Assembly: GCA_030765505.1 (NCBI GenBank)
Contig: JAVCCL010000043.1
Coordinates: 5,686 to 69,685 of the forward strand
Length of the DNA: 64,000 nt
Source: Candidatus Kaelpia imicola
GTDB taxonomy: Bacteria; Omnitrophota; Gorgyraeia; Kaelpiales; Kaelpiaceae
Reading direction: 5' to 3'
This document shows positions 1 to 9,028 of the stretch, piece by piece. The stretch's first letter is position 1; every line of letters begins with the position of its first letter. Below the pieces are notes generated by a model. The model saw only the letters and a program-made list of their open reading frames with translations. It was not told where the DNA came from and searched no databases. Made by a program: the position numbers and the translations under genes.

Positions 1-1068
1 ATTATTGTTTCTTTAAAGAAAATTATTAAAAAAACTTTCTGGGCTGCTGTATTCTCTATAGTAATATTAGAGTTATGTACAAGAATATTTTTATCTATTT
101 CTTTAAATAAGTATTTTAATAAAGATATTCCTTTTTTATATAAAGAAAATATTTTGGAAATTAAACACTTTTTTATAAGAGGATCAGATTGGACAGAATA
201 TGACCCTCTCTGTTATTTTATACCTCGAGAGGGATTGTTCCGTTACCCATCCGAAAGGGGGTGGAATTGGGGAAATCCTATTAAAGAAAAGAAAAAAGAT
301 GAAATAAGAATCATATCTATAGGAGATTCAACTACTTACGGTAATTGGGTAACATATAAAGAGTCATATCCGTATTTATTAGAACAGCTTTTAAAGAAAA
401 AATATTCCAATAAGAGCATAAAGGTTTTAAATGCCGGCCTTCCCGGCGGATCGTCCCGGCAGATTAAAAGATTTTTTCAATTGTATCTTATAGATTATCA
501 GCCCGATATTGTTATATGGCGAAAAGGCGCAAAACTGACGGATAGATATGAAATACCGAAATTAACTGCCGCTAATTATAGGATTAGAAATCTTATCTGG
601 TCAGGGTTATATCATCTGCGGATTTTTCGAGTAATTGCTGTAATAAACGACAGAGGTTATTCTAAAAAACAGAAATGGTATCCTGCAGTTGATAGAGTAT
701 ATGATTATATAATGGGTCTAAATCAAATTTATAAACATAATTATAGTAATGGCTACAAATCAGATTTTTGCATAGTTAAGGAGATATGCAGGAAAAATAA
801 AATAAAATATGCCTTAGCGGTTGACTATCTGCGGAGAGGTTCTGACAACGAATTGTACAGTGATTATCGTGAATATAAAGATAAAAAGATTGAGCCTGCT
901 GTAAATACTTTCAATGCTTTTAAGCAAAGGATAGACCAAACATCCATAGATAAACTTTTTGTTGATAGCTGTCATCTAACAGAGATAGGCACTCAGACAT
1001 TAGCAAAAGAGATATTTGATTTCTTAATAGACAATAATTGGATAGATGATTTGATTCTAACAAAATAA
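1..1068 (+). CDS. SGNH/GDSL hydrolase family protein, membrane-anchored; 5' end lies outside the window
   Basis: Motifs IGDSTTYG (block I), NAGLPG (block II) and DSCH (DxxH). Frame 1 is open from base 1 (IIVSLKK...FSIVILELCTRIF, hydrophobic), so the 154 start in the ORF track is internal. Confidence 0.75.
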   Translation: MIVSLKKIIKKTFWAAVFSIVILELCTRIFLSISLNKYFNKDIPFLYKENILEIKHFFIRGSDWTEYDPLCYFIPREGLFRYPSERGWNWGNPIKEKKKDEIRIISIGDSTTYGNWVTYKESYPYLLEQLLKKKYSNKSIKVLNAGLPGGSSRQIKRFFQLYLIDYQPDIVIWRKGAKLTDRYEIPKLTAANYRIRNLIWSGLYHLRIFRVIAVINDRGYSKKQKWYPAVDRVYDYIMGLNQIYKHNYSNGYKSDFCIVKEICRKNKIKYALAVDYLRRGSDNELYSDYREYKDKKIEPAVNTFNAFKQRIDQTSIDKLFVDSCHLTEIGTQTLAKEIFDFLIDNNWIDDLILTK

Positions 1069-1218
1069 TCCAGCTGGCTCCTATCACGCCGCTAAAGAAG
1101 ATTTATAGTAGAAACAGGCTTCGCAGGGCAGCTGATTTTTGTGTTATCAGCATTGACCAGCTCAGGAGAGTTTGTATTTAAAACCTTATAGCTATTTAAG
1201 AGTATAAATAGTAAGATT

Positions 1219-1359
1219 GTGAAGAAGAGAAGGTTAACATTACATCAGAAGGCTGAGCTTGCTATGAGAGAAGCGGTGAAGCATAAGAGAGAGGTCCGTC
1301 CGCTTCTGGTATAGGAGGATGGCAGGGTTAAAAAATCAAGCTTTAATGGACAAAATTAA
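1219..1359 (+). pseudogene. Decayed small protein of the type often found next to zeta-toxin/AAA genes
   Basis: GTG-started frame reads KKRRLTLHQKAELAMREAVKHKREVRPLLV*EDGRVKK. The TAG at 1312-1314 sits where I recall W in the 'P-hydrophobic-W-x-DG-K/R-V' pattern. Family match is from memory. Confidence 0.4.
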
Positions 1360-1403
1360 CTTTAATAAATAGTGAGGGGTAGTTTTTAAAACAGCTATAA
1401 TTT

Positions 1404-3080
1404 ATGAAGACAGAACTCTCTAATTTTATCACAGAGATTATCGATAAAGATTTACTTGGCGGTAAGTATGGAGAAAAAATCCATACAAGATTTCCTCCTG
1501 AGCCTAACGGCTATCTTCATATCGGCCATGCTAAATCTATCTGTCTTAACTTTGGCTTGGCCGGGAAGTATAAAGGGTTATGTAACCTCCGTTTTGATGA
1601 TACGAATCCCAGCAAAGAAGAGGTTGAGTATGTTGATTCTATAAAAGAGGATATAAGCTGGCTTGGTTTTAACTGGGAGGATAGGGAATATTTTGCATCG
1701 GACTACTTCAAGAGGTTTTATCAGGCTGCTCTAGAGCTTATAAAGAAGGGTAAGGCTTATGTCTGTGATTTATCAACGGATGAGATAAGAGAGCACCGCG
1801 GTACGCTTACAGAACCTGGAGAGAATAGTCCTTATAGAGATAGAGTAGTCGATGAGAATCTAGATCTATTTAAAGGGATGAGGGAGGGTGAGTTTAAAGA
1901 CGGCTCAAAAGTATTGCGGGCTAAGATAGATATGGCCCATCCTAATATGCTCATGCGTGATCCGGTCTTATATAGGATCAAAAGAGAGCATCACCATAGA
2001 ACTAAAGACGGCTGGGTGATATACCCGATGTATGACTTTGCCCATTGCTTAAGCGACTCTTTTGAAAAGATAACTCATTCAATCTGTACTCTTGAGTTTG
2101 AAAACAATAGGCCCTTATATGACTGGATATTAGATCAGCTTGATTATTACCATCCCCAGCAGATTGAGTTTGCAAGGTTAAACCTCTCCTTTACTGTTGT
2201 GAGTAAGAGAAAGTTATTAGAGCTGATTAACTCAGAAGTTGTAACCGGCTGGGATGATCCCCGGATGCCGACAATATCAGGTCTTAGGCGGCGTGGCTAT
2301 ACTCCGGAGTCAATTAGAGATTTCTGTTATAAGATAGGGGTATCTAAGGTAAATAGCCGTATTGATATAAGCCTGCTTGAGAACTCAATCAGAGAAGAGT
2401 TGAACAAGACCTCACCAAGAGTTATGGCAGTGCTTAATCCTCTAAAGGTTGTAATAGAGAATTATCCCGAAGATAAGATTGAAGAGCTTGATGCGGTAAA
2501 TAATCCGGAAGATGAGTCTATGGGGGTAAGGAAGGTCTCTTTCTCCCGCATTCTCTATATCGAAAGAGATGATTTTATGGAAGAGCCTCCAAGTAAGTTT
2601 TATCGTTTATCGCCAGGACGTGAGGTAAGGCTGCGTTACGGCTACTTTATAAGATGCAAGGAAGTCATAAAAGATGATAAAGGTAAGATAGTTGAGTTGA
2701 GGTGCAGCTATGACCCCGAAACCAAAGGAGGAGATGCTCCGGATGGCAGAAGAGTCAAAGCGACTCTTCATTGGGTCTCAAAAGAGAGTGCAGTTGATGC
2801 AGAGGTCCGTCTCTACGGCCATCTCTTCTTAAAACCTAATCCTGATGAAGCAAAAGAGGGAGAAGACTTTAAGTCTAATCTTAATCCCGGCTCTCTATCA
2901 GTTATTAAGAATGCTAAGCTTGAGAGTTCTCTTTCTGATGCAAAGAAAAGCATAAGGTATCAGTTCGAGAGAAAAGGATACTTTACTTTAGATAAAGATT
3001 CATCTAAAGATAATCTGATATTTAACCGTATTGTCTCTCTGCGTGACAGCTGGGCCAAGATTAATAAGCAGCAATCTTAA
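1404..3080 (+). CDS. glnS: Glutaminyl-tRNA synthetase
   Basis: [17 protein letters not shown] (HIGH), [42 protein letters not shown] and QFER. Confidence 0.96.
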   Translation: MKTELSNFITEIIDKDLLGGKYGEKIHTRFPPEPNGYLHIGHAKSICLNFGLAGKYKGLCNLRFDDTNPSKEEVEYVDSIKEDISWLGFNWEDREYFASDYFKRFYQAALELIKKGKAYVCDLSTDEIREHRGTLTEPGENSPYRDRVVDENLDLFKGMREGEFKDGSKVLRAKIDMAHPNMLMRDPVLYRIKREHHHRTKDGWVIYPMYDFAHCLSDSFEKITHSICTLEFENNRPLYDWILDQLDYYHPQQIEFARLNLSFTVVSKRKLLELINSEVVTGWDDPRMPTISGLRRRGYTPESIRDFCYKIGVSKVNSRIDISLLENSIREELNKTSPRVMAVLNPLKVVIENYPEDKIEELDAVNNPEDESMGVRKVSFSRILYIERDDFMEEPPSKFYRLSPGREVRLRYGYFIRCKEVIKDDKGKIVELRCSYDPETKGGDAPDGRRVKATLHWVSKESAVDAEVRLYGHLFLKPNPDEAKEGEDFKSNLNPGSLSVIKNAKLESSLSDAKKSIRYQFERKGYFTLDKDSSKDNLIFNRIVSLRDSWAKINKQQS

Positions 3081-4768
3081 CGGTTGTTTTTTATCTTAAG
3101 TGTCTTTAAGAAGTCAGGGTGAGCTTTGTCAAATCCTAATTCCAGAGCCTTTAGACAATACTCTTTTGCAAGACTGTATCTTTTACGGATAAAAGAAGTT
3201 ACAGCCAAGTTGTAAAATGCGCTTGCGTCATTAGGGTTTATCTCTATAGCCTTTTTATAGAGAGGTAGAGCTTTATCTATCTCTTTCTGAGAACTATATA
3301 GGTTTCCCAGATTTGTATAGGCTGAACCGTATTGAGGATTGAGCTCTATTGCTTTTTCAAAGCTCGCTATTGCACTCCTTATATTACCTTTAGTTAAATA
3401 GATAAATCCGAGATTGTTATATGTCTCTTCATTATTTTTGTCAAGATCAAGAGCCTTCTTGTAGCATAAGTATGCATTATTTATATCACTCATCTCTCTG
3501 TATTCACAGCCTAAGTTTATGTATGCATTAGTACTTTTAGGGTTATATTTTATTATATGTTTGTAAAAGGTTATCGGGTTCTTCCAGTAATTATTCTGTC
3601 TATATGTAAGAGAGGAGTAAGTCGTTATTAATGAAACTAAGAATAGATAGATTGAAATTTTAAGCTGTTTGGATTTATCTAATTTTTTAATCAATTTTGT
3701 AATTAAAACTATAAATATTAGGAAGAATCCTATTGAAGGAATATATAGATAATGTTCTGACATATAAAAAGGCAGGGGATAGAAAATATTTGATACAGGA
3801 ATTAAAGCAATAGAAAACCAGAGAATAGAGAGACTCAATACTCTATCTCTATTTTTTGTTTTAAGTGCGTAATAGATAGAACCTATAAATATGAATAGGC
3901 CTAAAAGTGTTTTATAGTAACCCCAGGAGAATGTAAGCTTGCCATAATCAAAATGTAGGCCGTAGGGTATAATAAGTATTCTCAGATAATCTACTATGGC
4001 TACAAAAAATCCCGGGATTCTTTGAATGAAGTTTAGAGAGATTAGATTAGCTATTAATGATGATTCAATAATCGAACTTCTTATAAATAGGTATATGAAT
4101 GTTACTATTGTTAGAGAGACAATTTTAAGTTTATCTATTTTTAAATTAAAGATGTAGTGATAGCAGAAGATTATCAGGACAAATATTAATGCACTCTCTT
4201 TTGATAGCAAGGATAGAATATAGCTTATAAGTGATAAGCTAAAAAGAGTTTTTGATTTTTTGTTTGTACTTTTTATATACAGCATGAATCCGGTTACTAC
4301 AAATAGGGCGACTAAAATTCCTGCTCTTCCAGATAGATATGTTACTGAGTCTGTATGTATCGGGTGGGATATATACAGCAAGGTTGTTAATAAAGATAGT
4401 AATCTGTTTAACAGCAGTAATCTTAAAAGCCAGTATAAAGATATTCCAACAAGTATATGTAATAGTATGTTGAATATATGGTAGTATCTGACGTTTAATC
4501 TATCCAATGAATAGTTAAGCATATAGCTTAGAGTTGCAAGCGGGCGGTAGAAATTATATCTTTTTCCTGCTCCTGCACCCCAGTCAGATTTAAATACTTC
4601 GGCTATTTTGGTAGGAGATTTTACGTAAACATTGTTTTTAATTAGAGCTTTATCATCCCAGAGAAAACCTACATTGATTGAGTTAGAGTAGATGATAGCT
4701 ATGAGAACAGTTATTAGGAGAATATGAGAGACTGTTATCTTTTTATCCTTAGATATTTTAGATAGCAT
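3077..4768 (-). CDS. TMTC-like GT-C membrane glycosyltransferase with C-terminal TPRs
   Basis: Multi-TM N-terminus with [29 protein letters not shown] and SEHYLYIPS, followed by about 4 TPRs (AYINLG, TYNNLG, AYTNLG, AFYNLA). Overlaps the glnS 3' end by 4 bp. Confidence 0.8.
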   Translation of the reverse strand: MLSKISKDKKITVSHILLITVLIAIIYSNSINVGFLWDDKALIKNNVYVKSPTKIAEVFKSDWGAGAGKRYNFYRPLATLSYMLNYSLDRLNVRYYHIFNILLHILVGISLYWLLRLLLLNRLLSLLTTLLYISHPIHTDSVTYLSGRAGILVALFVVTGFMLYIKSTNKKSKTLFSLSLISYILSLLSKESALIFVLIIFCYHYIFNLKIDKLKIVSLTIVTFIYLFIRSSIIESSLIANLISLNFIQRIPGFFVAIVDYLRILIIPYGLHFDYGKLTFSWGYYKTLLGLFIFIGSIYYALKTKNRDRVLSLSILWFSIALIPVSNIFYPLPFYMSEHYLYIPSIGFFLIFIVLITKLIKKLDKSKQLKISIYLFLVSLITTYSSLTYRQNNYWKNPITFYKHIIKYNPKSTNAYINLGCEYREMSDINNAYLCYKKALDLDKNNEETYNNLGFIYLTKGNIRSAIASFEKAIELNPQYGSAYTNLGNLYSSQKEIDKALPLYKKAIEINPNDASAFYNLAVTSFIRKRYSLAKEYCLKALELGFDKAHPDFLKTLKIKNNR

Positions 4769-4888
4769 TATTTAAAAATATAGTTTATGAGATGGGTTTT
4801 AGCAATAGATATTTATAGGTTTTCTAAATTGAATCTTGACAATTTATTATCTTAAAGTAATAATGTTATCAATAAACGGAGGTGAAAG

Positions 4889-5335
4889 ATGATTAGAGTT
4901 TTCTTAGTTTCTATTATAGTTTTGTCGGTCTTTACAGCAGGGTGTTCTACTATCTCTGGTAGAAGAGGTTCTCATTCCAGCGATTTCGAGAAACAGCTTG
5001 AAGTATCAACTCTTCTTAAATTTGATGATATACCGGTGCCGAGTAGTTTTAAGTTTATTGCAGCAGAATCTTTTGCTTTCCAGACTGATGAGGTAAGAGT
5101 CGGTCTTCTTAAATATACAGGCAGGGTCTCTCCTGAAGAGACGGTTGTCTTCTACAAAGAGCAGATGCCTCTATATAATTGGAAGCCTATTAATTTCATA
5201 GAATACGAGAGAAGAATACTCAATTTTGAGAAAGATGAGCAGTCTGTAGTTATAACAATAGACGGCAAAGGTTCATCTTCAAGCCTTGTAATAGCTGTTT
5301 CACCTCGTTCTGAGAGTGAATTATTCAATAGATAG
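4889..5335 (+). CDS. Hypothetical lipoprotein
   Basis: SD GGAGGTG, short hydrophobic signal and lipobox-like TAGC. Confidence 0.7.
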   Translation: MIRVFLVSIIVLSVFTAGCSTISGRRGSHSSDFEKQLEVSTLLKFDDIPVPSSFKFIAAESFAFQTDEVRVGLLKYTGRVSPEETVVFYKEQMPLYNWKPINFIEYERRILNFEKDEQSVVITIDGKGSSSSLVIAVSPRSESELFNR

Positions 5336-5389
5336 GCTATAAATACTGCTTTGAGACCTATTTATTATAAAAAAAGAGTTAATATTTTA

Positions 5390-5450
5390 TCAAGATAAGA
5401 TTAATTTATTACCAATTTTATCTTGACAGGTTCTATAAAGACTATAAAAT
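5390..5450 (+). promoter_or_regulatory. Sigma70 promoter overlapped by an inverted repeat (possible operator)
   Basis: TTGACA 5423-5428, 16 bp spacer, TAAAAT. Inverted repeat TCAAGATAA (5390-5398) / TTATCTTGA (5418-5426). Confidence 0.55.
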
Positions 5451-5704
5451 ACTACAAAAGGACAGTTCTTTAAAACTTTGGGGATACGATGCCAATCTTA
5501 ATGATTGGTTTCCATTTAAACATCTCCCGTTAACTTAAGCCGGGACAGAAGGAGGTGATGTAAAAAAGTCAGTCCAAGGGTTAAAAGGGGAAGATGAAAA
5601 GAATATATCGGTAAATACCGTTGTATATTCTTCTCCAGAAAGGGGAAGAAGGCTCGTTAGTAAGGAATTAGCGAACCTATGAATTAACTTAAGGAGGAAA
5701 GTAA

Positions 5705-7063
5705 ATGAAGAAGTTATTAATTATTGCAGCGCTTATGATGTTGGCTATGCCAGCATTTGCAGCTGTACAGAATGTAAAAGTAAGTGGTGATATCACTACT
5801 TATGGAGTAGGTCAGTATGTGTTTGATTTAGATGACAGAAGTACTGACATTGAAGGTGGTGCGGGTGACGAAGAAAATTTCTTTGCCACAATTACTCGTT
5901 TAAGAGTAGATGCAGATTTAACAGATAATGTTGCAGCTACAGTTAGACTTGTAAATGAAAGAGAGTGGGATACGCAATATTGTAGCAGTGGAGATACTAC
6001 TGATGCAATCATGGACCTTGCTTATATAACTTTAAAGGAGATATTCTATTCTCCTTTAACAGTTATGATAGGCCGTCAAGAGCTTGCATACGGCAGCAAA
6101 CTTGTTGTCGGTGATCCTAACACAAATGCAGTTAAATCGTCAGATAGTGATTTAACAAATGCTCCTTATCTGAGCAAAATTAAATCGTTTGATGCTATCC
6201 GCGGTGTGCTTGATTATGATCCTTGGACAATCGATCTTGTCTATGCAAAAATTGATGAGGCATTTGAAGCAGCAAGCACAGAGGATGAAGATATTCTCGG
6301 TATAAATTTTGCTTATGATTTTGCTGACTATGAAGCAGAAGCAGAAGGTTATTTCTTCTACGTTGATGGCGATCCAGAAGCTTCTTACTCATCAAGCGAA
6401 GCAAATATCGATGGTTATGTTCTTGGTTTAAGAGGCAGCTTAGCCCCTGTTGATGGTTTAACAGTTGGTGCAGAGATTGCTATCCAGGGTGGAGACTATG
6501 CTAATGGTCCTGCTGTAACCAATAGAGACCTTGATGCTATGGCAGCAACAGTGGAAGGTTCATATGTTTGGGATAATGAATATGCTCCTATGATTAAACT
6601 TTGTTATGACTATAGATCTGGTGAGAAAGCAGGAACATCAAGCGGTGATTATGAAGCGTGGTTACCTCTCTATGAAGATCAGACCAAAGGTTTGATTGCT
6701 GATTATTTATTTAGCGGTGCAAATGCTGGTGTGAATTCAAACTCAAACATCATAAACCTCGGTGGTTCTTTTCAACCGACGGAAGATTTAACAATTGCAC
6801 TTGACTGGTTCCATTATATTTTAGATGAGAAACTTACATCTTCTAATGACCAGTCGTATTCTAGCTGGTCACCAGTCGGTTCAGTTACTATAGATAGTGA
6901 AGATGATCTTGGTGATGAAATCGACCTTGCTTTAATCTATGATTATACAGAAGATGTTGTCATAGGTTTACAGGCTGGTTGGTTTATGCCGGGTGATGTA
7001 TTTGATGCTACAAACAACGATGATGCATATGAACTGCTTGGTTCTATAGCAGTTAGTTTCTAA
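5705..7063 (+). CDS. Outer-membrane beta-barrel, alginate-export (AlgE-like) family; probable major porin
   Basis: Signal peptide ending AFA, alternating beta-strands, GRQEL.YG, FDAIR, DLGDEIDL, C-terminal Phe. Strong SD AAGGAGG, with A/T-ending codons suggestive of high expression. Confidence 0.8.
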   Translation: MKKLLIIAALMMLAMPAFAAVQNVKVSGDITTYGVGQYVFDLDDRSTDIEGGAGDEENFFATITRLRVDADLTDNVAATVRLVNEREWDTQYCSSGDTTDAIMDLAYITLKEIFYSPLTVMIGRQELAYGSKLVVGDPNTNAVKSSDSDLTNAPYLSKIKSFDAIRGVLDYDPWTIDLVYAKIDEAFEAASTEDEDILGINFAYDFADYEAEAEGYFFYVDGDPEASYSSSEANIDGYVLGLRGSLAPVDGLTVGAEIAIQGGDYANGPAVTNRDLDAMAATVEGSYVWDNEYAPMIKLCYDYRSGEKAGTSSGDYEAWLPLYEDQTKGLIADYLFSGANAGVNSNSNIINLGGSFQPTEDLTIALDWFHYILDEKLTSSNDQSYSSWSPVGSVTIDSEDDLGDEIDLALIYDYTEDVVIGLQAGWFMPGDVFDATNNDDAYELLGSIAVSF

Positions 7064-7084
7064 AAGTTATTTAGTTTGGTTTTT

Positions 7085-7120
7085 AAAACCCCCGTAGATT
7101 TTTACGGGGGTTTTTCTTTT
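7085..7120 (+). terminator. Rho-independent terminator
   Basis: AAAACCCCCGTA-gattt-TACGGGGGTTTT stem-loop followed by a T-rich tail, just after the porin stop. Confidence 0.9.
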
Positions 7121-7383
7121 TAAGTTGTTTTTTCCTTTTTCAGCTTGATTTAGTAGTCCTGAATATTTAGTTTTCAATATTAAATATTAAGGGTTAAATA
7201 TAGCTATAAAATTGAAGTAGATGGTATTAGGAAAATTATTTTAAAAGTAGTCAAGATCTTTTCAGCAATTAGTGTATATGGAGTGTTAAAATACTCAGAA
7301 AAGATTAAAAAACTAAAAAGAATGTTGTCTTCTGCTATAAAAGAGAAAACTAAAGAACTTGAATGTAAAAGTATCCATAATTC

Positions 7384-7605
7384 TTGATGAGGTATAATGA
7401 AATGCATATAAAAATTATTTTAGAACCGAGTGAAGAAGGTGGTTATACGGCTATAGTTCCTGCTCTCCCTGGATGTATAAGTGAAGGCGATACGCGGGAA
7501 GAAGCTTTAAAAAACATTCGTGAAGCAATAGAACTTTATTTAGAACCGGCAGCTGATGATGCTATCTTTGCTCCCAATTCTGAACAAGTAGAAATTACAG
7601 TATGA
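7384..7605 (+). CDS. hicB: HicB-family antitoxin (short, no DNA-binding domain)
   Basis: EEGGYTAIVPALPGCISEGDTREEALKNIREAIELYLE. The true start may be the internal Met of MHIKII. Confidence 0.9.
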   Translation: MMRYNEMHIKIILEPSEEGGYTAIVPALPGCISEGDTREEALKNIREAIELYLEPAADDAIFAPNSEQVEITV

Positions 7606-7829
7606 GCAAAGTTCCAAGTGTAAATTACTCTCAGCTTATCAATGCTCTGCGGCGGGACGGGTGGATAGTAATTCGCTAAAAAGGCAGTCATATCAGATTA
7701 CAAAAACGTCTTCCTGATGAAATGCTTAAAATTACTATTCCTGCTCATCATCCAATTAAAAGATCAACGCTCTCGCATATATTAAAACAGGCACATTTAT
7801 CTGTAGAAAAAATTATTGAATTATTATAA
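7602..7829 (+). pseudogene. hicA: HicA toxin interrupted by a nonsense codon
   Basis: MSKVPSVNYSQLINALRRDGWIVIR*KGSHIRLQKR...ITIPAHHPIKRSTLSHILKQA. TAA at 7677-7679 replaces the Q of R-Q-K-G-S-H. ATGA overlap with hicB. Confidence 0.88.
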
Positions 7830-7971
7830 AAATTTTTCATGAGTCAATAGATCTGACTTTTTCCTATTGCTCTATTCCGGAAAAAACAGCAAAAAAGAGA
7901 AAAAACTGTTGCTATCTAATTAATAAAAGGTGTTATTTCTACTTTGCTATTACAGTATTTTTCAGGCTAGG

Positions 7972-7999
7972 TTGACTTTCTATGTTTCTTAGCTATAAT
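7972..7999 (+). promoter_or_regulatory. Sigma70 promoter of tRNA-Leu(AAG)
   Basis: TTGACT, 16 bp spacer, TATAAT, ending 15 bp upstream of the tRNA. Confidence 0.7.
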
Positions 8000-8014
8000 A
8001 GATTCTTCCCATGA

Positions 8015-8098
8015 GCCGGGATGGCGGAATTGGCAGACGCGCATGGTTAAGGACCATGTGGGCTAACGCTTGTGGGGGTTCAAGTCCCCCTCCCGGCA
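8015..8098 (+). tRNA. tRNA-Leu, anticodon AAG
   Basis: Acceptor GCCGGGA/TCCCGGC+A73, D-arm GGCGGAATTGGCAGACGC, anticodon stem CATGG/CCATG with loop TT-AAG-GA, long variable arm, T-arm GGGGG-TTCAAGT-CCCCC. CCA not encoded. Confidence 0.93.
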
Positions 8099-9028
8099 TT
8101 AATCCCTTCTATCTATTGCGTAGTTGCTTCCAGGGAGTGTTTTGGTGTACTCTTTTACTTCAGCCCCTCTCTCGGCTACTTCTGCAACGTGTTTGAACTC
8201 TATATTATTGTTAGTTATAACAGATACAGTTACAGACATTAAAGGAACATTCTCTTTATTTCCTTTTCTATCTTTTGATTCTATGTAGCCTTTTTCTCTA
8301 TCTTTTTTAGGGTAGTAACGGGGTATCTTGGAGTCAAACTTCTTTATAACTGATTTAGATATCTCTTTTGCCCTCTCAGCATCTGCTATTATTACAAAGT
8401 CATCTCCTCCGACATGGCCTATAAAATCATTTTTTTGGCCTATCTCATCTACTGTCTCAATAAGTACGCGGGCGGTCTCCTGGATGATTCTATCACCTTT
8501 TTCAAATCCGTATTTATCATTATAGGATTTAAACTTATCTAAATCGACATAGCAGACTGCAAATTTGTTTTCTGATTTTATTCTGCTCTCAATCTCATTT
8601 AATATTGTTACATTACCGGGTAAGCGGGTTAAGGGGTTGGCATCAAGGTCTATCTCGGCGCGTCTTAAGACCATCTTGACGCGGGCAATTAATTCTTTCT
8701 CATCTGTGGTTTTGACTATATAGTCATCGGCTCCTGCATCTATTCCTTTTATCTTATCAGTTACATCTTCTTTTTTACCTGTAAGCATTATTACAGGGAT
8801 GTGGCGTAAGAGCAGGTCTCTCTTTATGAAGCGGCAGAGTCTCTCACCGTCGACTTCAGGCATAACATAGTCTGTTATAACCAGGTCAGGCGGTCTGTGA
8901 TGGATTTTATCTATGGCTTCTTTTCCATTAGAGGCTTCTTCAACTTCAAAGCCTTCTGATTTAAACAGTATCGTTAAGACATCTCTTATATCAGCATCAT
9001 CATCTACGACTAAAATTCTCTTAGCCAT
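8099..9028 (-). CDS. Response regulator-diguanylate cyclase (REC-GGDEF)
   Basis: ILVVDDD, DYVMP and GADDY (REC), then NPLTRLPGN, DLDKFKSYNDKYG and GHVGGDDF. No RxxD I-site. Confidence 0.9.
   Translation of the reverse strand: MAKRILVVDDDADIRDVLTILFKSEGFEVEEASNGKEAIDKIHHRPPDLVITDYVMPEVDGERLCRFIKRDLLLRHIPVIMLTGKKEDVTDKIKGIDAGADDYIVKTTDEKELIARVKMVLRRAEIDLDANPLTRLPGNVTILNEIESRIKSENKFAVCYVDLDKFKSYNDKYGFEKGDRIIQETARVLIETVDEIGQKNDFIGHVGGDDFVIIADAERAKEISKSVIKKFDSKIPRYYPKKDREKGYIESKDRKGNKENVPLMSVTVSVITNNNIEFKHVAEVAERGAEVKEYTKTLPGSNYAIDRRD

Noticed and set aside
7184-7407. Open frames on both strands between the terminator and hicB
   Set aside because: The plus frame has no start or RBS, and neither translation has a recognisable motif. 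At most an unidentifiable remnant.
1219-7829. Stop-codon reassignment suggested by in-frame TAG (1312) and TAA (7677)
   Set aside because: TAA, TAG and TGA all terminate conserved genes at the expected positions (glnS TAA, coaD TAG, rpmF TGA), and no housekeeping gene has internal stops. These are single-transition nonsense changes.
8011-8196. 61-aa ORF in the track
   Set aside because: It overlaps tRNA-Leu and the antisense end of the DGC gene, so it is spurious.
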